DNA of 44,535 nucleotides from Reclinomonas americana ATCC 50394 (Eukaryota): NCBI GenBank assembly GCA_048213135.1, contig PS015234.1, positions 19,276 to 63,810 of the forward strand, read 5' to 3'. Shown piece by piece: positions 43,810 to 44,535 of this stretch (position 1 is its first letter; each line of letters starts with the position of its first letter). The notes under the pieces were generated by a model. It saw only the letters and a program-made list of their open reading frames with translations, ran no database searches and was not told where the DNA came from. The position numbers and the translations under genes were made by a program.

Positions 43810-44535
43810 CTCATATCTGCCCATCCGTTCCTTTCTTTCTCTTGCTCTCTCTCTCTTTCTTGCTTTCTCTTTTCTCTCTTTCTTTCTTCTCTCTCTCTGT
43901 CTCTTTCTTTCGGTTTTCTCTCTCTCTTTCTTTCTCTCTTTCTCTTGTTCTTTCCTTCTTTCTCCTCTCTCTCTTTCTTTCTTTCTCTCTTTCTCTTGTT
44001 CTTACCTTCTTTCTCCTCTCTCTCTTTCTTTCCTTCTTTCTCCTCTCTTTCTTTCTTTTTTCTGACTTTCTTTCTGTCTTTCCTTCTTTCTTTCTGTTTT
44101 CCTCTTTCTTTCTCACTTCTCTTCTTTCTCTTTCTTGTTCTCTCTCTCTTTCTCTCTCTCTCTCTTTTTGTCTTTCTTTTTGTCTTTCTATCTCTCTCTC
44201 TCTTTCTTTCTCTCTCTCTCTTTCTGTCTTTCTCTTTGTCTTTCTATCTCTCTCTCTTTCTTTCTCTCTTTCTCTTTCTTCTCTTTCTTTCTCATTCTTG
44301 CTCTCTCACTTTCTTTCTCTCTTTCTTCCTTTTTCTTTCTTTCTCCTTCCTTTCCTCTTTCTCTCTTTCTTTTTCTCTTTCTCTCTTTCTCTCTTTCATT
44401 CTCGCTCTCTCTCTTCTCTGTCTGTCTGTCTGTCTTTCTTTCTGTCTTTCTATCTCTCTCATTCTTTCTTTCTCTCTTTCTTGCTCTCTTTCTCTCTCAC
44501 TTTCTTTCTCTCTCTCTTTCTTCTCTCTTTCTCTC
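43810..44535. repeat. CT-rich microsatellite/low-complexity intron sequence
   Basis: Almost pure pyrimidine on +; similar (CT)n/(GA)n/(CA)n/(CACT)n tracts fill most long introns in the window. Confidence 0.9.

Overview
Intron-rich, gene-dense eukaryotic (protist-like) nuclear DNA from a draft assembly with many N gaps and microsatellite-filled introns. Most ORFs in the supplied track are spurious, so genes were rebuilt by joining exons by hand. About 11 genes, in order: a spliced type II secretion major pseudopilin (GspG)-like gene (+), a CAR/Crl-type 7TM GPCR (-), DDX6/Dhh1 helicase (-), Prp18 (+), a BBS12-like chaperonin with an acidic repeat insert (+), NMNAT (-), two tandem paralogous secreted proteins (-), an ankyrin-repeat protein kinase (-), a long coiled-coil protein with a possible TIR-like C-terminus (-), and a P-loop NTPase (+). 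The main finding is the intron-containing GspG. It points to a eukaryotic (mitochondrial) T2SS-derived apparatus and shows an altered prepilin site, a long N-terminal extension and a remodelled head. The window also shows a frequently used atypical 5' splice site, GTTGCG. No database searches could be run: family calls rest on recognised motifs and exon joins are inferred from reading-frame continuity.
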